A stretch of DNA of 64,000 nt from Candidatus Eiseniibacteriota bacterium (GTDB lineage Bacteria; Eisenbacteria; RBG-16-71-46; CAIMUX01; VGJL01): contig JBHGAY010000014.1 in the NCBI GenBank assembly GCA_041946735.1, positions 32,001 through 96,000 on the forward strand, given 5' to 3'. The position numbers and the translations under genes are program-made. The notes beneath the pieces were generated by a model. It was not told the origin of the DNA. It saw nothing but the letters and a program-made list of their open reading frames with translations, and searched no databases. This document shows, one piece after another, positions 37,955 through 48,678 of this stretch. The stretch's first letter is position 1, and each line of letters starts with the position of its first letter.

Positions 37955-39433
37955 TTGACCGCACCGGAATCGGAGAGACTGCGCTTCATCGAGCCGGACG
38001 GATCGAACCGCGAGGAGATCCGCCGGCTCGGCTACCGCTTCATCGATCTGCTGGTGGAGGCGGCGAGCGACGCGGTCCACCGTCCTCCGGTCCCCGACGA
38101 CGGCGAGGCGGCGGCGTTCCCCGCGCGCTACGAGCCGCCCGCGACGGGCCGGCCGGCGGAGGATCTGCTCGAGGCGATGCGCGACGGCGTGCTGCGCCAC
38201 GTCCTGAATCCCGCGCATCCGGGCTACGTCGGCCACATGGACTCCCTCGCCAGTGCGGTCGGGATCTTCTCCGACGCGATCGTCTCCGCGTGCAACAACA
38301 ACATGCTCTCCTACGAGATGTCGCTGCTCTTCACGACGATGGAGCAGGCGATCCTCGCCTGGTCGGCGCGCTCCTTCGGCTGGGGCGAGGGAGCCGGCGG
38401 GTTCCTCGTGAGCGGCGGGACGCTCGCGAACATCCAGGCGATCTGGACGGCGCGGAACGCGCGCGCCGGCGAAGGGATCGCCCGCGAGGGGGTGCGGGAT
38501 GGGGCGCGTGGCGCCCCTGTCGTGATCGCGTCGGAGAACGCCCATTACTCCTTCCGCAAGGCGGCGAATCTTCTCGGGATCGGCCGCGAGGGGCTCCGGC
38601 TCGTGCCGACGGACCGCGCGGGGCGCGTGCGGCCGGAAGCGATGGAACGCGCGGTCGTCGAGGCGAAGCGCGAGGGCAAGATCCCCTTCTGCATCATCGG
38701 TATCGCGGGGACGACGGTGACGGGGTCGATCGAGCCGCTGCCGGAGATCGGGGAGATCGCGCGCCGGCACGGCCTCTGGTACCACGTCGACGCGGCCTAC
38801 GGAGGCAGCCTGATCCTGAGCGGCGCGCTTCGTGGCCGGCTGGCGGGATGCGAGCATGCGGACTCGATCACCTGGAATCCGCAGAAATGGCTCTACGTCC
38901 CGAAGACCTGCGCCTCGCTCCTCTATCGGGATCTGGGGGTGCTGGACCGCACGATCCGCGAGACGTTCGTCTACGGGCGGGAGCAGGCCCCGGCGGGCCA
39001 GACGAATCTCGGCGAGTACACGATGCAGGGAACCCGGCGCGTGGACGTCCTCAAGCTCTGGCTGACGCTCGAGCACTTCGGAATGTCAGCGCTGGGCGGG
39101 CTGATCGAGACCTTGACCGAGCGTGCGCGCTGGCTCGCCGACCGTATCGAGGCGGCCGGCGAGCTGGATCTGATCGGGCCGCCCGACCTGAACATCGTCT
39201 GCTTCCGCGCGCTGCCGCGCGGCGTGGACCCCGAGGACGGCCCGCGGGTCGACGCGATCCAGGAGGAGGTGCAGAAGGAGGTGGCGCGGCGCGGTCATGG
39301 CTGGATCTCGATCCCGCGTTATCAGGGACGACGAATCCTGCGCGCGGTGATCCTCCATCCGCGATGCGATACGGATGTGCTGGCGAGCGTGCTCGCGGAC
39401 GTGCGCGAGGCGGCGGCAGCGGCAAGACGATGA
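37955..39433 (+). CDS. Group II PLP-dependent amino-acid decarboxylase
   Basis: RBS GGAGG then TTG 37955; HPGYVGHM, SGGTLAN, HYSFRKAA, AGTTVTGSIE, HVDAAYGG and DSITWNPQKW (PLP Lys) motifs. Confidence 0.9.
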   Translation: MTAPESERLRFIEPDGSNREEIRRLGYRFIDLLVEAASDAVHRPPVPDDGEAAAFPARYEPPATGRPAEDLLEAMRDGVLRHVLNPAHPGYVGHMDSLASAVGIFSDAIVSACNNNMLSYEMSLLFTTMEQAILAWSARSFGWGEGAGGFLVSGGTLANIQAIWTARNARAGEGIAREGVRDGARGAPVVIASENAHYSFRKAANLLGIGREGLRLVPTDRAGRVRPEAMERAVVEAKREGKIPFCIIGIAGTTVTGSIEPLPEIGEIARRHGLWYHVDAAYGGSLILSGALRGRLAGCEHADSITWNPQKWLYVPKTCASLLYRDLGVLDRTIRETFVYGREQAPAGQTNLGEYTMQGTRRVDVLKLWLTLEHFGMSALGGLIETLTERARWLADRIEAAGELDLIGPPDLNIVCFRALPRGVDPEDGPRVDAIQEEVQKEVARRGHGWISIPRYQGRRILRAVILHPRCDTDVLASVLADVREAAAAARR

Positions 39434-41592
39434 ACCGTCCCGCTCGGGTCGCTCTCGGAAGTCTCTTCGCTCTCGTCGCCGTCCTCGGGGCGTGCGGCAC
39501 CGGTGCCGCGCTCGCTCGCGCCGAGGCGCGATCCTACCCGCCTACTCCCCGCATCCCGGTCGCCGACACGCTCCATGGGACAGTGATTGTCGACGACTAC
39601 CGCTGGCTGGAGAACGCGGGCGACGCGGCCGTGGGCGCCTGGACCGCCGCGCAGGATTCGTCGAGCCGCTCGATCCTCGACCGCCTCCCCGAGCGGGACT
39701 GGCTGCGCCGGCGATTCGAGAGCCTTTGGCGCTATGACGATGAGGGCGCGCCCGAGGAGGTGATCGACGGCGACCGGTTCTTCTACTGGGTCAAGAGGAA
39801 GGAGGACGAGAAGAGCCGGTACTGGACGAAGGCGTCGCGCGAGGCGCCCGGCATGGAGGTGCTCGATCCCAACGCCTGGGGAGCGGACGATCAGCTCGAA
39901 GGCTTCTACCCCTCGCGTGACGGGCGCTACGTCGCGTTCGGCCGCGCGCACGCCGGCGACGAGACGCCGGTCGTCCGCGTGATGGAGGTCGAGACGGGGC
40001 GCATCCTTCCCGACAGCCTGCGCGGGTGGCGCCCCGACGGCGTCTCCTGGCTTCCCGACGGCTCGGGCTTCTACTACAGCGCGAATCCGGGCAAGGGCGA
40101 GGTTCCGGCGGGCGAGGAGGTCTACTGGTCACGCGCCTACTTCCACCGGCTCGGCGCTCCCGCCGCGAGCGACTCGGTCGTCTTCTTCCATCCGTCCGTG
40201 AAGGAGTATTTCCACGCGGCATGGGTGAGCGAGGACGGCTTGTGGGTCCTCTACGGGCGATGGGAGTTCAGCAAGAACGAGCTCTACTTCCAGCGGCTCG
40301 GCTCGAAGCAGCCTCCGATCCCCCTCGCCACCGGCTTCGATGCGCAGTACTCGGCGCAGATCCTGGACGGCCGGATCTACGTGACGACCGATAGCGGCGC
40401 TTCGATGTCCCACGTCTTCCTCACGGACGTCGATCATCCCGAGCGGGCGAGCTGGAAGGAGATCGTGCCGGAGGATCCGGAGAGGAAGATCGAAGGCGTG
40501 GTCGCGATCGGTGGCCGGCTCTATCTGCAATGCGAGCGGCGGGCGTCGACGGAGATCCGGATCCATGACGCGGACGGGCGGTGGTTACGCGACCTGCCGC
40601 TGCCCGGGATCGGCAGCGCTTCGGTGAGCGGGCATTGGTCGAAGCCGACCGTCTGGGTGTCGTTCTCCTCCTTCGTGCAGCCGCCGGTCACCTACACGTA
40701 CGACTTCGCCGCCGACTCGATCCGCTTGTACAAGAAGTTCCCGGTCGACGTCGACGTCTCCCCGTACACGGTGGACCAGGTGTTCTACCCCTCGAAGGAC
40801 GGCACGCGGATCTCGATGTTCCTGGCGCATCGCAAGGACCTCGCGCGGGACGGCCGCGGCGCGGCGCTGCTCACCGGCTACGGCGGCTTCGACGTCTCGA
40901 TCACCCCCCACTTCAGCGCCTCTCTCTTCGCCTGGCTCGAGGCGGGAGCGGTCGTCGCCCTCCCCAACCTGCGCGGCGGTGGAGAGTACGGGCGCGCGTG
41001 GCATGAAGCGGGCATGCTCGAGAGGAAGCAGAACGTGTTCGACGACTTCCTGTCGGCGGCCGAGTGGCTGATCGCGCAGGGGTATACCTCCCGGGAGCGG
41101 CTCGCGATCTCCGGAGGAAGCAACGGAGGGCTCCTCGTCGGCGCCGCGATGGTGCAGCGACCCGATCTGTTCCGCGCCGTCCTCTGCGAGGTGCCGCTGC
41201 TCGACATGCTCCGCTATCACCTCTTCGGCTACGCGAACATCTGGGCGAGCGAGTACGGAAATGCGGAGAACGCCGATCAATTCGCCTTCCTCCGCGCCTA
41301 TTCCCCGTATCACAACGTGCGCGACGGCGTGCGCTACCCTGCGGCGCTCTTCATCGCGAGCGACAACGATGCCCGGGTCGATGCGCTCCACGCGCGCAAG
41401 ATGGCCGCGCGCCTGCAGGCCGCCGACGCGGGCGGCGGGCCGATCCTGTTCCTCCTGCAGGGCGACTCGGGCCACGGCGGCGCCGTTTCGCTCTCGGAGA
41501 AGATCGAGCAGGCGGTCGACGGCGACGCTTTCCTGATGGATCAGGTCGGAGTCCGCGGTCCCGTCACGTTCCCCGAGTCCCAGCCGCACTGA
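39430..41592 (+). CDS. Prolyl oligopeptidase (S9A), secreted
   Basis: Signal peptide; DDYRWLE, GYGGF, NLRGGGEYG, GGSNGG (Ser), NDARV (Asp) and GHG (His); ATGA overlap with upstream gene. Confidence 0.94.
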   Translation: MNRPARVALGSLFALVAVLGACGTGAALARAEARSYPPTPRIPVADTLHGTVIVDDYRWLENAGDAAVGAWTAAQDSSSRSILDRLPERDWLRRRFESLWRYDDEGAPEEVIDGDRFFYWVKRKEDEKSRYWTKASREAPGMEVLDPNAWGADDQLEGFYPSRDGRYVAFGRAHAGDETPVVRVMEVETGRILPDSLRGWRPDGVSWLPDGSGFYYSANPGKGEVPAGEEVYWSRAYFHRLGAPAASDSVVFFHPSVKEYFHAAWVSEDGLWVLYGRWEFSKNELYFQRLGSKQPPIPLATGFDAQYSAQILDGRIYVTTDSGASMSHVFLTDVDHPERASWKEIVPEDPERKIEGVVAIGGRLYLQCERRASTEIRIHDADGRWLRDLPLPGIGSASVSGHWSKPTVWVSFSSFVQPPVTYTYDFAADSIRLYKKFPVDVDVSPYTVDQVFYPSKDGTRISMFLAHRKDLARDGRGAALLTGYGGFDVSITPHFSASLFAWLEAGAVVALPNLRGGGEYGRAWHEAGMLERKQNVFDDFLSAAEWLIAQGYTSRERLAISGGSNGGLLVGAAMVQRPDLFRAVLCEVPLLDMLRYHLFGYANIWASEYGNAENADQFAFLRAYSPYHNVRDGVRYPAALFIASDNDARVDALHARKMAARLQAADAGGGPILFLLQGDSGHGGAVSLSEKIEQAVDGDAFLMDQVGVRGPVTFPESQPH

Positions 41593-41828
41593 GGGAGCGA
41601 GAGCCGGGTGGCGGGAACGCCGAACGCCGGCGCTCGCCTGACTGCCGCTGCGACTTCCTGCTTCCTGCTATCCTGCCGGCCTCCCCCAAAGTGGCATCGC
41701 GCTCTCGGACCGCCGAAGGCGCTGTATCGGACCGGCCACGACGGCGACGCAAGGAAAGGGAAGGGCCGCGGCGAGACAGCGCGGCGGCACGAACGAGAAT
41801 CGGCCGACGAAGGGACGGGTGAAGAGCG

Positions 41829-44009
41829 ATGCGACGCGCTTCGATCGTGGCAGGTCTTTCTCTGACTCTCTGCATTCTCTCCCTTTCCACGCTCTGGACG
41901 GCCCCTGCGACCGCCCAGTGGCAGCAGACGGCGGGACCGGGGAGGGTCGCGATCCTTCCTCTCCACGAGAGCGACGGCTCTCTCTTTGCGGGAAGCGAAG
42001 GGATGGGCGTCTTCCGTTCGGAGGATCAGGGCACGAGCTGGACGGCGGCGAACGCAGGGATCGAGCAGGCGCAGGTGCTCGCGCTCGCCTCCGCCGGCCC
42101 CTGGCTGTTCGCCGGTCTGGCCCAGACCGACACCGATGGCGGCGTCTATCGGTCGAGCGACGGGGGCGCGAGCTGGACGGCGGCGAAAAACGGGATGGGC
42201 GACATCTACGTCCTCGCCCTCATGGAGACGAACGGCGCGCTGCTGGCCGGCGTGGCGGGGCTCGGCGTGATGAAGACGACCGACCTTGGGCAGTCCTGGT
42301 TCGAGTCGAACGAAGGAATGGGCTTCGAGACGGTCCGCGCTTTCACGAAGGTCGCCTCGACGCTGTTCGCCGCCGGCGACAACTTCCTTTATCGCTCCGA
42401 CGACGGAGGGGCGAGCTGGTCCTTCACGGACGGCGGGCAGTACTTCCCGATTTCGAGCCTGTACTACGACGGCACGAGCTACGTCTACGGGGGAGGGATC
42501 GAAGGGCTCGTGCGCTCGACCGACGGAGGAGCGCACTGGGGAGAACGGATCGACGTCCCGCTCCTCGCTCCGCTCTCGCGCATCACGGCGTTCTGGTCGT
42601 CCGGCGCAACGCTCTACGCTTCGACGTCCTCCTCTCCCGGCTCCGGGGGACATGGCGTGATCCGGTCAACCGATCACGGACTCACATGGTCCGCGGCAAA
42701 CGATGGAATCGAGATCGTCGATACGCAGTCGCTGCTCGCGGTCGGCGGGCGGTTGATCGCAGGCAGCCGCGACAAGTCCATCCTTTTCTCCGAAGACGGC
42801 GGAGCGAGCTGGCATCAGGGACTCGCGGGGCTGCCCCCGGGCGGCAGCGTGCGCGACCTGCTCGCGGCCAGCAGCGGCGATCTCTATGCAGGGACCGAAG
42901 GCGACGGCGTCTACCGGAGCACCGACTCCGGGCTGAGCTGGTCGCGGGTGAGCGACGAGCCGAGCGGCATGCTGCGCAACGAGACGGTCCTCGCGCTCGC
43001 ATCGAGGCAGAACCTGCTCTTCGCGGGCACCACTTCGCACGGAATCTTCCGCTCCTCGGATGCGGGGGCCTCCTGGGTCCCCGCGTCGACCGGCATCCCG
43101 GCGGGGACCGGCATCCTCTCGCTCGCTTCGGCGACCGGAGCGATGGTGGCCGGAACGTCCGAGAGGATCTACTACTCGACCGACGCAGGAGGCCATTGGC
43201 TCGCCGCGGCCGCTCCCCCGGCGACGATCCCGGCGGTTGCGGCATCCGGCAACGTCGTCTGCGCGAACGTCGTCACCGGCATCTTCCAGGACGACGGCAT
43301 CTATCGCTCGACCGATTCCGGCCTGGTCTGGACTCGCGTCCACCAGTCTCTCGAGGACAGCTACATCGGGACGATGGCGGCCAATGGAAGCTGGTTCTAC
43401 GCGGGGACCTTCTTCGACGGCGGCCTGCTCCGTTCGAGCGACAGCGGCGGGAACTGGGCCCCGGTCAACTCTGCGCAGCAGGTGTACGCGGTCGTGGATC
43501 CGGGGACGGAGCAGTTCACGGGCCACGACGCCTCGACCGGCCAGGCGTACCGCTCGACGGATCACGGCTCGAGCTGGGAGCCGTGGAACGACGGCCTGCC
43601 GCCCGGCCAGTCGATCGAAGCGCTGGCGGCGAGCCCGAGCTACGTCTTCGGCGCGACATCTGCGCAGGGAGTCTGGAGGCGGTTGCGCCAGGGCTCCGCG
43701 TCCGTCGAGGCCGATCCGCCGGCGGGAGGCGCGCGACTCCCGTTCGATCTGCGCGTCGACGGCGCGATGCCGTTCGCGGGATCGACGAAGGTCCGCTTCT
43801 CGCTCTCCGAGGAGGAAGCGGTCGACATGCGGATCATCGACGTCTCCGGCCGGACGGTCGCCGTTCTCGCATCCGAGCGGCTCGGCGCCGGCCCACATGA
43901 GGCGCAGTGGGACGCGACGGGACTCCCCGGCGGCGTCTACTTCTGCCGCCTCTCGACGGCCGCCTCCGACGCCACGCTCCGACTCGTCGTGAAGCCGGCG
44001 CGCCGGTAG
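41829..44009 (+). CDS. Secreted BNR/Asp-box (Ycf48-like) multi-propeller protein with C-terminal T9SS-A/FlgD-like domain
   Basis: Signal peptide; many GVYRSxDxGxSW repeats; C-terminal DVSGRTVA…WDATGLPGGVYF. Confidence 0.85.
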   Translation: MRRASIVAGLSLTLCILSLSTLWTAPATAQWQQTAGPGRVAILPLHESDGSLFAGSEGMGVFRSEDQGTSWTAANAGIEQAQVLALASAGPWLFAGLAQTDTDGGVYRSSDGGASWTAAKNGMGDIYVLALMETNGALLAGVAGLGVMKTTDLGQSWFESNEGMGFETVRAFTKVASTLFAAGDNFLYRSDDGGASWSFTDGGQYFPISSLYYDGTSYVYGGGIEGLVRSTDGGAHWGERIDVPLLAPLSRITAFWSSGATLYASTSSSPGSGGHGVIRSTDHGLTWSAANDGIEIVDTQSLLAVGGRLIAGSRDKSILFSEDGGASWHQGLAGLPPGGSVRDLLAASSGDLYAGTEGDGVYRSTDSGLSWSRVSDEPSGMLRNETVLALASRQNLLFAGTTSHGIFRSSDAGASWVPASTGIPAGTGILSLASATGAMVAGTSERIYYSTDAGGHWLAAAAPPATIPAVAASGNVVCANVVTGIFQDDGIYRSTDSGLVWTRVHQSLEDSYIGTMAANGSWFYAGTFFDGGLLRSSDSGGNWAPVNSAQQVYAVVDPGTEQFTGHDASTGQAYRSTDHGSSWEPWNDGLPPGQSIEALAASPSYVFGATSAQGVWRRLRQGSASVEADPPAGGARLPFDLRVDGAMPFAGSTKVRFSLSEEEAVDMRIIDVSGRTVAVLASERLGAGPHEAQWDATGLPGGVYFCRLSTAASDATLRLVVKPARR

Positions 44010-44087
44010 GCGCTTGCACTGGACATGTCGCACGTGGGCCATCACCCATACACAGCCGACGAGGCCGCCAGGAGGAGGGAAAGAAGC

Positions 44088-46277
44088 GTGCACCGTTCCA
44101 CTCGTCTGAGGGATCTGGCCTTCGCTCTCGGGATCGTTGCCGCCGGCGGAATGGTCGGCACCCGCCCTTGCTCGGCCGTGTGGCAGCAAGTCGGAGGCCC
44201 CGAGCCTCCGATGGTCGCCGCGATCGCGGACGACGGAAGCGGACTCCTCTTCCTCGGAACCGACGAAGCGGACGCCGGCGATCTCTACCGCTCGGAGGAC
44301 GGGATCCACTGGAGCAACCTGCGGCTTCCGTCCGGAGGCGCTCTCCGGATCGAGGAGCACCTCGGCAAGCTCTTCCTCGGGACCTACCTCTCCGGACTCT
44401 TCTATTCGGTCGATCACGGGGACAGTTGGCAGCAGGTCGGCTCCCTCGGCAACGCGACGATCCACGACTTCGCGTCGTCCGGCGGGACGATGTTCGCCGT
44501 GCCCGAAGCGTTCCTCGGGAGCACGCTGCTTCGCTCGACCGACGGCGGTCTCTCGTGGTCGGGCGTCGCCGGACTGCCACAGGTGCAGGTCGAGACGCTC
44601 GACAGCTTCGGCTCGGTGCTGCTCGCAGGCACCGACGGCAGCGGCATCCTGCGCTCGACCGACGGAGGCGGAAGCTGGGGAAACGGGAACGCCGGGCTCC
44701 CCGGCGCGGCGATCGTCCCGGTCCTGGCCGGCGATGGTTCCGCGATCTACGCCGGCGTGCGCGTGCAGGGCAATGCGGCGGCGTTCGGCGTCTATCGATC
44801 GACGGACGGCGGATCGTCCTGGACGAAGGCGAGCGTCGATCTCCCCGGTTCGAACCTGGCCGACTTCGGCGCCCTCGGCTTTCACGGCGGAGAGCTGTTT
44901 GCGGGACTGATCGCGACGGCGCCGATCGCCGGCGTCTATCGCTCGACCGACGGCGGAGCGCACTGGCTCGCCGCCTCGAACGGCCTCCCCGACGGCGCGG
45001 CGGTCCGCGCGCTGTGCTCGACCGGCTCCTTCCTCCTCGCGGGGACGGATGCGGGCGCGTTCCGCACCACGGACGCGGGCGCGCACTGGACCGAATCGGA
45101 CGAGGGCACGGCCGCGATACGAGGCGTCTCGTCGGTCCTCAGCGAAGAGGACGGCATCTTCCTCGGACTGACGACGAACGGCGGGATCGGCCGCGGCGTG
45201 TGGAGGACGACCGACCACGGCGCGAGTTGGACGGGCGACCCGCGCGAGCCGGCCCAATCGAGCGAGGCGAACGGGATCGTGCGGCTCGGGTCGGACCTGT
45301 TCGTCGCGGTCACCGGCGGGACACGCGGCGTGTTCCGCTCCACCGACGAGGGAGCCACCTGGATCCCGTCGTCGCCGGAACTGCCGCCGACCAACCTGCT
45401 CCGCGCGCTGCACGTGCATGACGGCGTCCTTCTTGCCGGCGCGTGGGAAGCGCTCTACCGCTCGACCGATGCGGGCGCCTCATGGTCCGCGGTCCCCGGA
45501 ATGACCAACGTTTCGTGCTTCACGAGCGTCGGGGGGACGATCTTCGCGGGGCACTACGGAACCGGGGTAAGCGTCTCGACGGACGGCGGCGAGAGCTGGA
45601 CCCCGGCCAACGGCGGCCTCGCGACGAGCGAGATGAAGATCGAGAACGCGCTGGCGACGTTCGAAGGCACCGCCTGGCTCGCGACGAACGGGGCCGGCGT
45701 GCGGCGCTGGAACGGGACCGCGTGGGTGAGCACCGGCCTGGCCAACGGCTTCGTGAACGCGCTGTTGCCGGTGGGCGGCGCGCTCGTCGCGGCCCAGGCG
45801 CTCGGCGATCCGATTCTCTTCACGACCGACGGCGGCCAGAGCTGGACCCCGTTCGCGGAAGGCTACGCAGGCGAGGAGCCGTACGAGCTCGCTGCAGACT
45901 CGTCGGTCCTCTACGCCGGTTCGCGGGGACACGGAATCTGGACCCGGCCGCTCTCCGAGCTGCCGCAGCCCGCTTCCGCCGGCGATCCCAACGCGGTGGA
46001 CGGCGCGCGCGGGCGGGACGGCGCTCTCGCTGGACTGCCGAATCCCTTCCTTGGTGGAACGCGGATCCGATTCCGGGTGCCGGAAGCGGGGGAGATGAGC
46101 CTCCGTGTCTACGATCCGGCGGGACGCGAGGTGGGCCGGCTCGCGGAGGGATACGCGAGCGCGGGGGAGCACGAAGTCCACTTCGATGCGCGGGATCTTC
46201 CCGCCGGCGTCTACTTCGCCAGGCTGCGCGAGGCGGGCGGCGCGACGACGGAGCTGCGACTGCTGCTGTTGCGGTGA
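44088..46277 (+). CDS. Secreted BNR/Asp-box multi-propeller paralogue with C-terminal T9SS-A-like domain
   Basis: RBS GGAGGAGG then GTG 44088; repeated RSTDGGxxW; C-terminal PNPF…YDPAGREV…LPAGVYF. Confidence 0.85.
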   Translation: MHRSTRLRDLAFALGIVAAGGMVGTRPCSAVWQQVGGPEPPMVAAIADDGSGLLFLGTDEADAGDLYRSEDGIHWSNLRLPSGGALRIEEHLGKLFLGTYLSGLFYSVDHGDSWQQVGSLGNATIHDFASSGGTMFAVPEAFLGSTLLRSTDGGLSWSGVAGLPQVQVETLDSFGSVLLAGTDGSGILRSTDGGGSWGNGNAGLPGAAIVPVLAGDGSAIYAGVRVQGNAAAFGVYRSTDGGSSWTKASVDLPGSNLADFGALGFHGGELFAGLIATAPIAGVYRSTDGGAHWLAASNGLPDGAAVRALCSTGSFLLAGTDAGAFRTTDAGAHWTESDEGTAAIRGVSSVLSEEDGIFLGLTTNGGIGRGVWRTTDHGASWTGDPREPAQSSEANGIVRLGSDLFVAVTGGTRGVFRSTDEGATWIPSSPELPPTNLLRALHVHDGVLLAGAWEALYRSTDAGASWSAVPGMTNVSCFTSVGGTIFAGHYGTGVSVSTDGGESWTPANGGLATSEMKIENALATFEGTAWLATNGAGVRRWNGTAWVSTGLANGFVNALLPVGGALVAAQALGDPILFTTDGGQSWTPFAEGYAGEEPYELAADSSVLYAGSRGHGIWTRPLSELPQPASAGDPNAVDGARGRDGALAGLPNPFLGGTRIRFRVPEAGEMSLRVYDPAGREVGRLAEGYASAGEHEVHFDARDLPAGVYFARLREAGGATTELRLLLLR

Positions 46278-46379
46278 ACGGTGATCGATCGTCGATGCCG
46301 GCGGCGGAACGAGGCAGCCAAGCGCCTGGCGGCCGGCGCCAGGCGCTTGGCGTTGAGAGGCGGGCTGCTCGAGGGGCGG

Positions 46380-47612
46380 CTAGAGCCGCACGAGCTCGAC
46401 GCGGCGGTTGCTCTGTCGTCCCTCCGATGTCTCGTTCGTCGCCACCGGCTTCGACTCCCCGAACCCATCGGTCTCCAGGCGAGCGCCATCGATCTTCTGT
46501 GAATCGATGAGGTAGGTCCGCACCGCGGCGGCTCGCTTCTTGGAGAGATCGAGGTTCGCCGCGTCCTCCCCCACGTCGTCGGTGTGCCCCTCGATACGGA
46601 GGCGAAGGTCCGCGTGGTCGCGGAGCATCGTGGCGATCTCGGTCAGGGTCGGCGTGGATTCGGGGCGAAGGCGATCGGATCCCGAATCGAAATAGATCCC
46701 TTGGGTGGCGACCCGGCCGGTGGCTTGGAGCGCGTCGTAGAGGACCCTCTTTCCTCCTTCCGCCACGCGGATGTTGCCGATCAAGAGCGGGCTCTGGGGA
46801 TGCGCCCAGAGATGCAGCCGGAGTCCGTTCTGGCGCGGATAGGAGGCGTTGGGAACGTTCGCGACGCGTGTGTCGTTCACGTAGACCTTCAGGTACTTGC
46901 CGTCCGCCATGACCCTGCACTGCGCCGGCCGCTCCTTGTAGCCCTCGGGGATGTCGACTTCGGCCCGCGGCACATGCGAGTTGCGCACGCCGCACCGCAG
47001 GTTCCAGAAGAACGTCACGTAGTCGAGTCCGGGCTCGTCCTCGGGCTCGAAGTGGATTTCCGCCGTGTTGTCGCTGCTCGGTCCGACGTAGTCGAACTCG
47101 ATCGTGTAGCGCTCGGGGAGCGCCTCTGGCAGCGGGATCGTGACCTCGGAGTAGGTCGTGGAGCGGAGGTATCTCTGCCCCTTCCACTCGGCCACCTCCA
47201 TGTTCCCTTCGCCGAACTCGAGGCGCGACGGGAAGTCTCCGACCGGAGACCGGGAGAAGTCATCGAAGAAGAGGATGCGGTCGCCGGGAACGAAGTCGTA
47301 GTTGACCCAGACGCCTTCGCCGGGCTTCTCGGCTGCCGTCGCGGCCGCATCGCCGGGCGCGGTCTGCGCGGCGTCCTCGCCGGTCTCCGCGGCCGGCTCC
47401 GGCTGGCCCGCCGGCGTTCCCTGCTCGGAAGGCGTCCCGGCATCGCCGGGCTTTCCCTCCAGGGTCTTGTCGACTTCCTCATCCGCCTTCTGCTCCACCT
47501 TCTTCTTCACCTTGTCCTTGAGCTTTCCCAGTTGCGCTTCGGCAGGCATCGCGGCGGCGAGCATCGCCGCCAGCGCGACCGCGAAGGCGAGCCAGCGCAT
47601 GGATCCGGTCAT
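46380..47612 (-). CDS. OmpA family peptidoglycan-binding protein
   Basis: RBS GGAGGA then ATG 47612; signal peptide; YDFVPGD..FFDDFS domain; C-terminal IYFDSGS…IEGHTD…NLDLSKKRA…NRRVE. Confidence 0.9.
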   Translation of the reverse strand: MTGSMRWLAFAVALAAMLAAAMPAEAQLGKLKDKVKKKVEQKADEEVDKTLEGKPGDAGTPSEQGTPAGQPEPAAETGEDAAQTAPGDAAATAAEKPGEGVWVNYDFVPGDRILFFDDFSRSPVGDFPSRLEFGEGNMEVAEWKGQRYLRSTTYSEVTIPLPEALPERYTIEFDYVGPSSDNTAEIHFEPEDEPGLDYVTFFWNLRCGVRNSHVPRAEVDIPEGYKERPAQCRVMADGKYLKVYVNDTRVANVPNASYPRQNGLRLHLWAHPQSPLLIGNIRVAEGGKRVLYDALQATGRVATQGIYFDSGSDRLRPESTPTLTEIATMLRDHADLRLRIEGHTDDVGEDAANLDLSKKRAAAVRTYLIDSQKIDGARLETDGFGESKPVATNETSEGRQSNRRVELVRL

Positions 47613-47976
47613 CGGTCCTCCCCTTCGTGATTCCCTTTCGTTTGTCCGCGCATCTCTGCGTGTCTCTTCCGCCATGCTCTCCCGGCATCTCCGCGGCCGA
47701 TCCCGTCGGGGCGTTCGAGTCCGAACAGTTGTAGCACTGGGTGTGCGAACCGGTCCAGCCGAAGGAGCGGCGGAGGAAGGATCGGCGGAGGAGCAGCGGC
47801 CGGCGATCCCGCGCGTTCGCATCGGCGAGACGTTCGGGAGTGGGGTTCGCGAGGAGCCATGGAAATCAGAAAGGTCGCATCGTCCGCAGGACCGAGGGAG
47901 CAAGATCGAGAGGAAGATCGAAAGGAGCGAGGGGCGCAAAGCACCTGACGAGCCCACGAGGCAAGGAGGGATCGAG

Positions 47977-48678
47977 ATGCGTTCCGACCATTCCCCACGT
48001 CGCTCGCGGCGTCGCGGGCCGATACGCGGTCCGGCCCGGATGCCGATGCCCGCTCTAGCTCTGACCGCTTTGGCCGCCCTGCTTCTCCCTTCGCTCGCCT
48101 GCTCGCCAAAGACGAGCGGAAGCTCCAGCCGGGTCGAGACCACCACCACGTCGCGAGGAGTCACGGTCCGGGATACGACGACGTCCGCGGCCAGCAGTAT
48201 CGACGCCCCAGAGATCTCTCGCTCTACGGGCGAGCAGGGAGGCCTCTTGTTGTTCTGGCCGCGCATCATCCCGGCCGACGAGCGCGGCGACTCGCGTGAT
48301 CTCGCCGCCGCCCTCCAGGACCGCGTGCGAGCGCTGCTCCAGGAAACCTTCCCTGGGCGTGCGATCGACGTCCGCCCCGAACCGGAGCGCGTCTGCCCGC
48401 AGGCAGGATGCCAGGCCGCCACGGTCGGCATCCTCCTCCTGCGTGATGAGCAGGGATGCGGAGTCGTCGGTCTCGTCGCGCAGCCGGGCAGATCTCCTGC
48501 CTTGCTCGTGCCCCTCGCCGGCGAGCTCCAGGTCGCGAATACGAGCGTGGCGTTCCGGGAGCCGCCCGAGTCGTCCGTGAAGGTCAAGGACTTCGCGCCG
48601 TGCGGCGAGGTGCAGTCGATCGTCGAGCAGAACCTGCCGGCCCTGCGCGCCAAGCTCGAGGAAGTGATCGGCCACTAG
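47977..48678 (+). CDS. Hypothetical lipoprotein
   Basis: RBS AAGGAGG then ATG 47977; lipobox SLA-C; LFWPRIIP and RPEPERVCPQAGC segments. Confidence 0.65.
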   Translation: MRSDHSPRRSRRRGPIRGPARMPMPALALTALAALLLPSLACSPKTSGSSSRVETTTTSRGVTVRDTTTSAASSIDAPEISRSTGEQGGLLLFWPRIIPADERGDSRDLAAALQDRVRALLQETFPGRAIDVRPEPERVCPQAGCQAATVGILLLRDEQGCGVVGLVAQPGRSPALLVPLAGELQVANTSVAFREPPESSVKVKDFAPCGEVQSIVEQNLPALRAKLEEVIGH

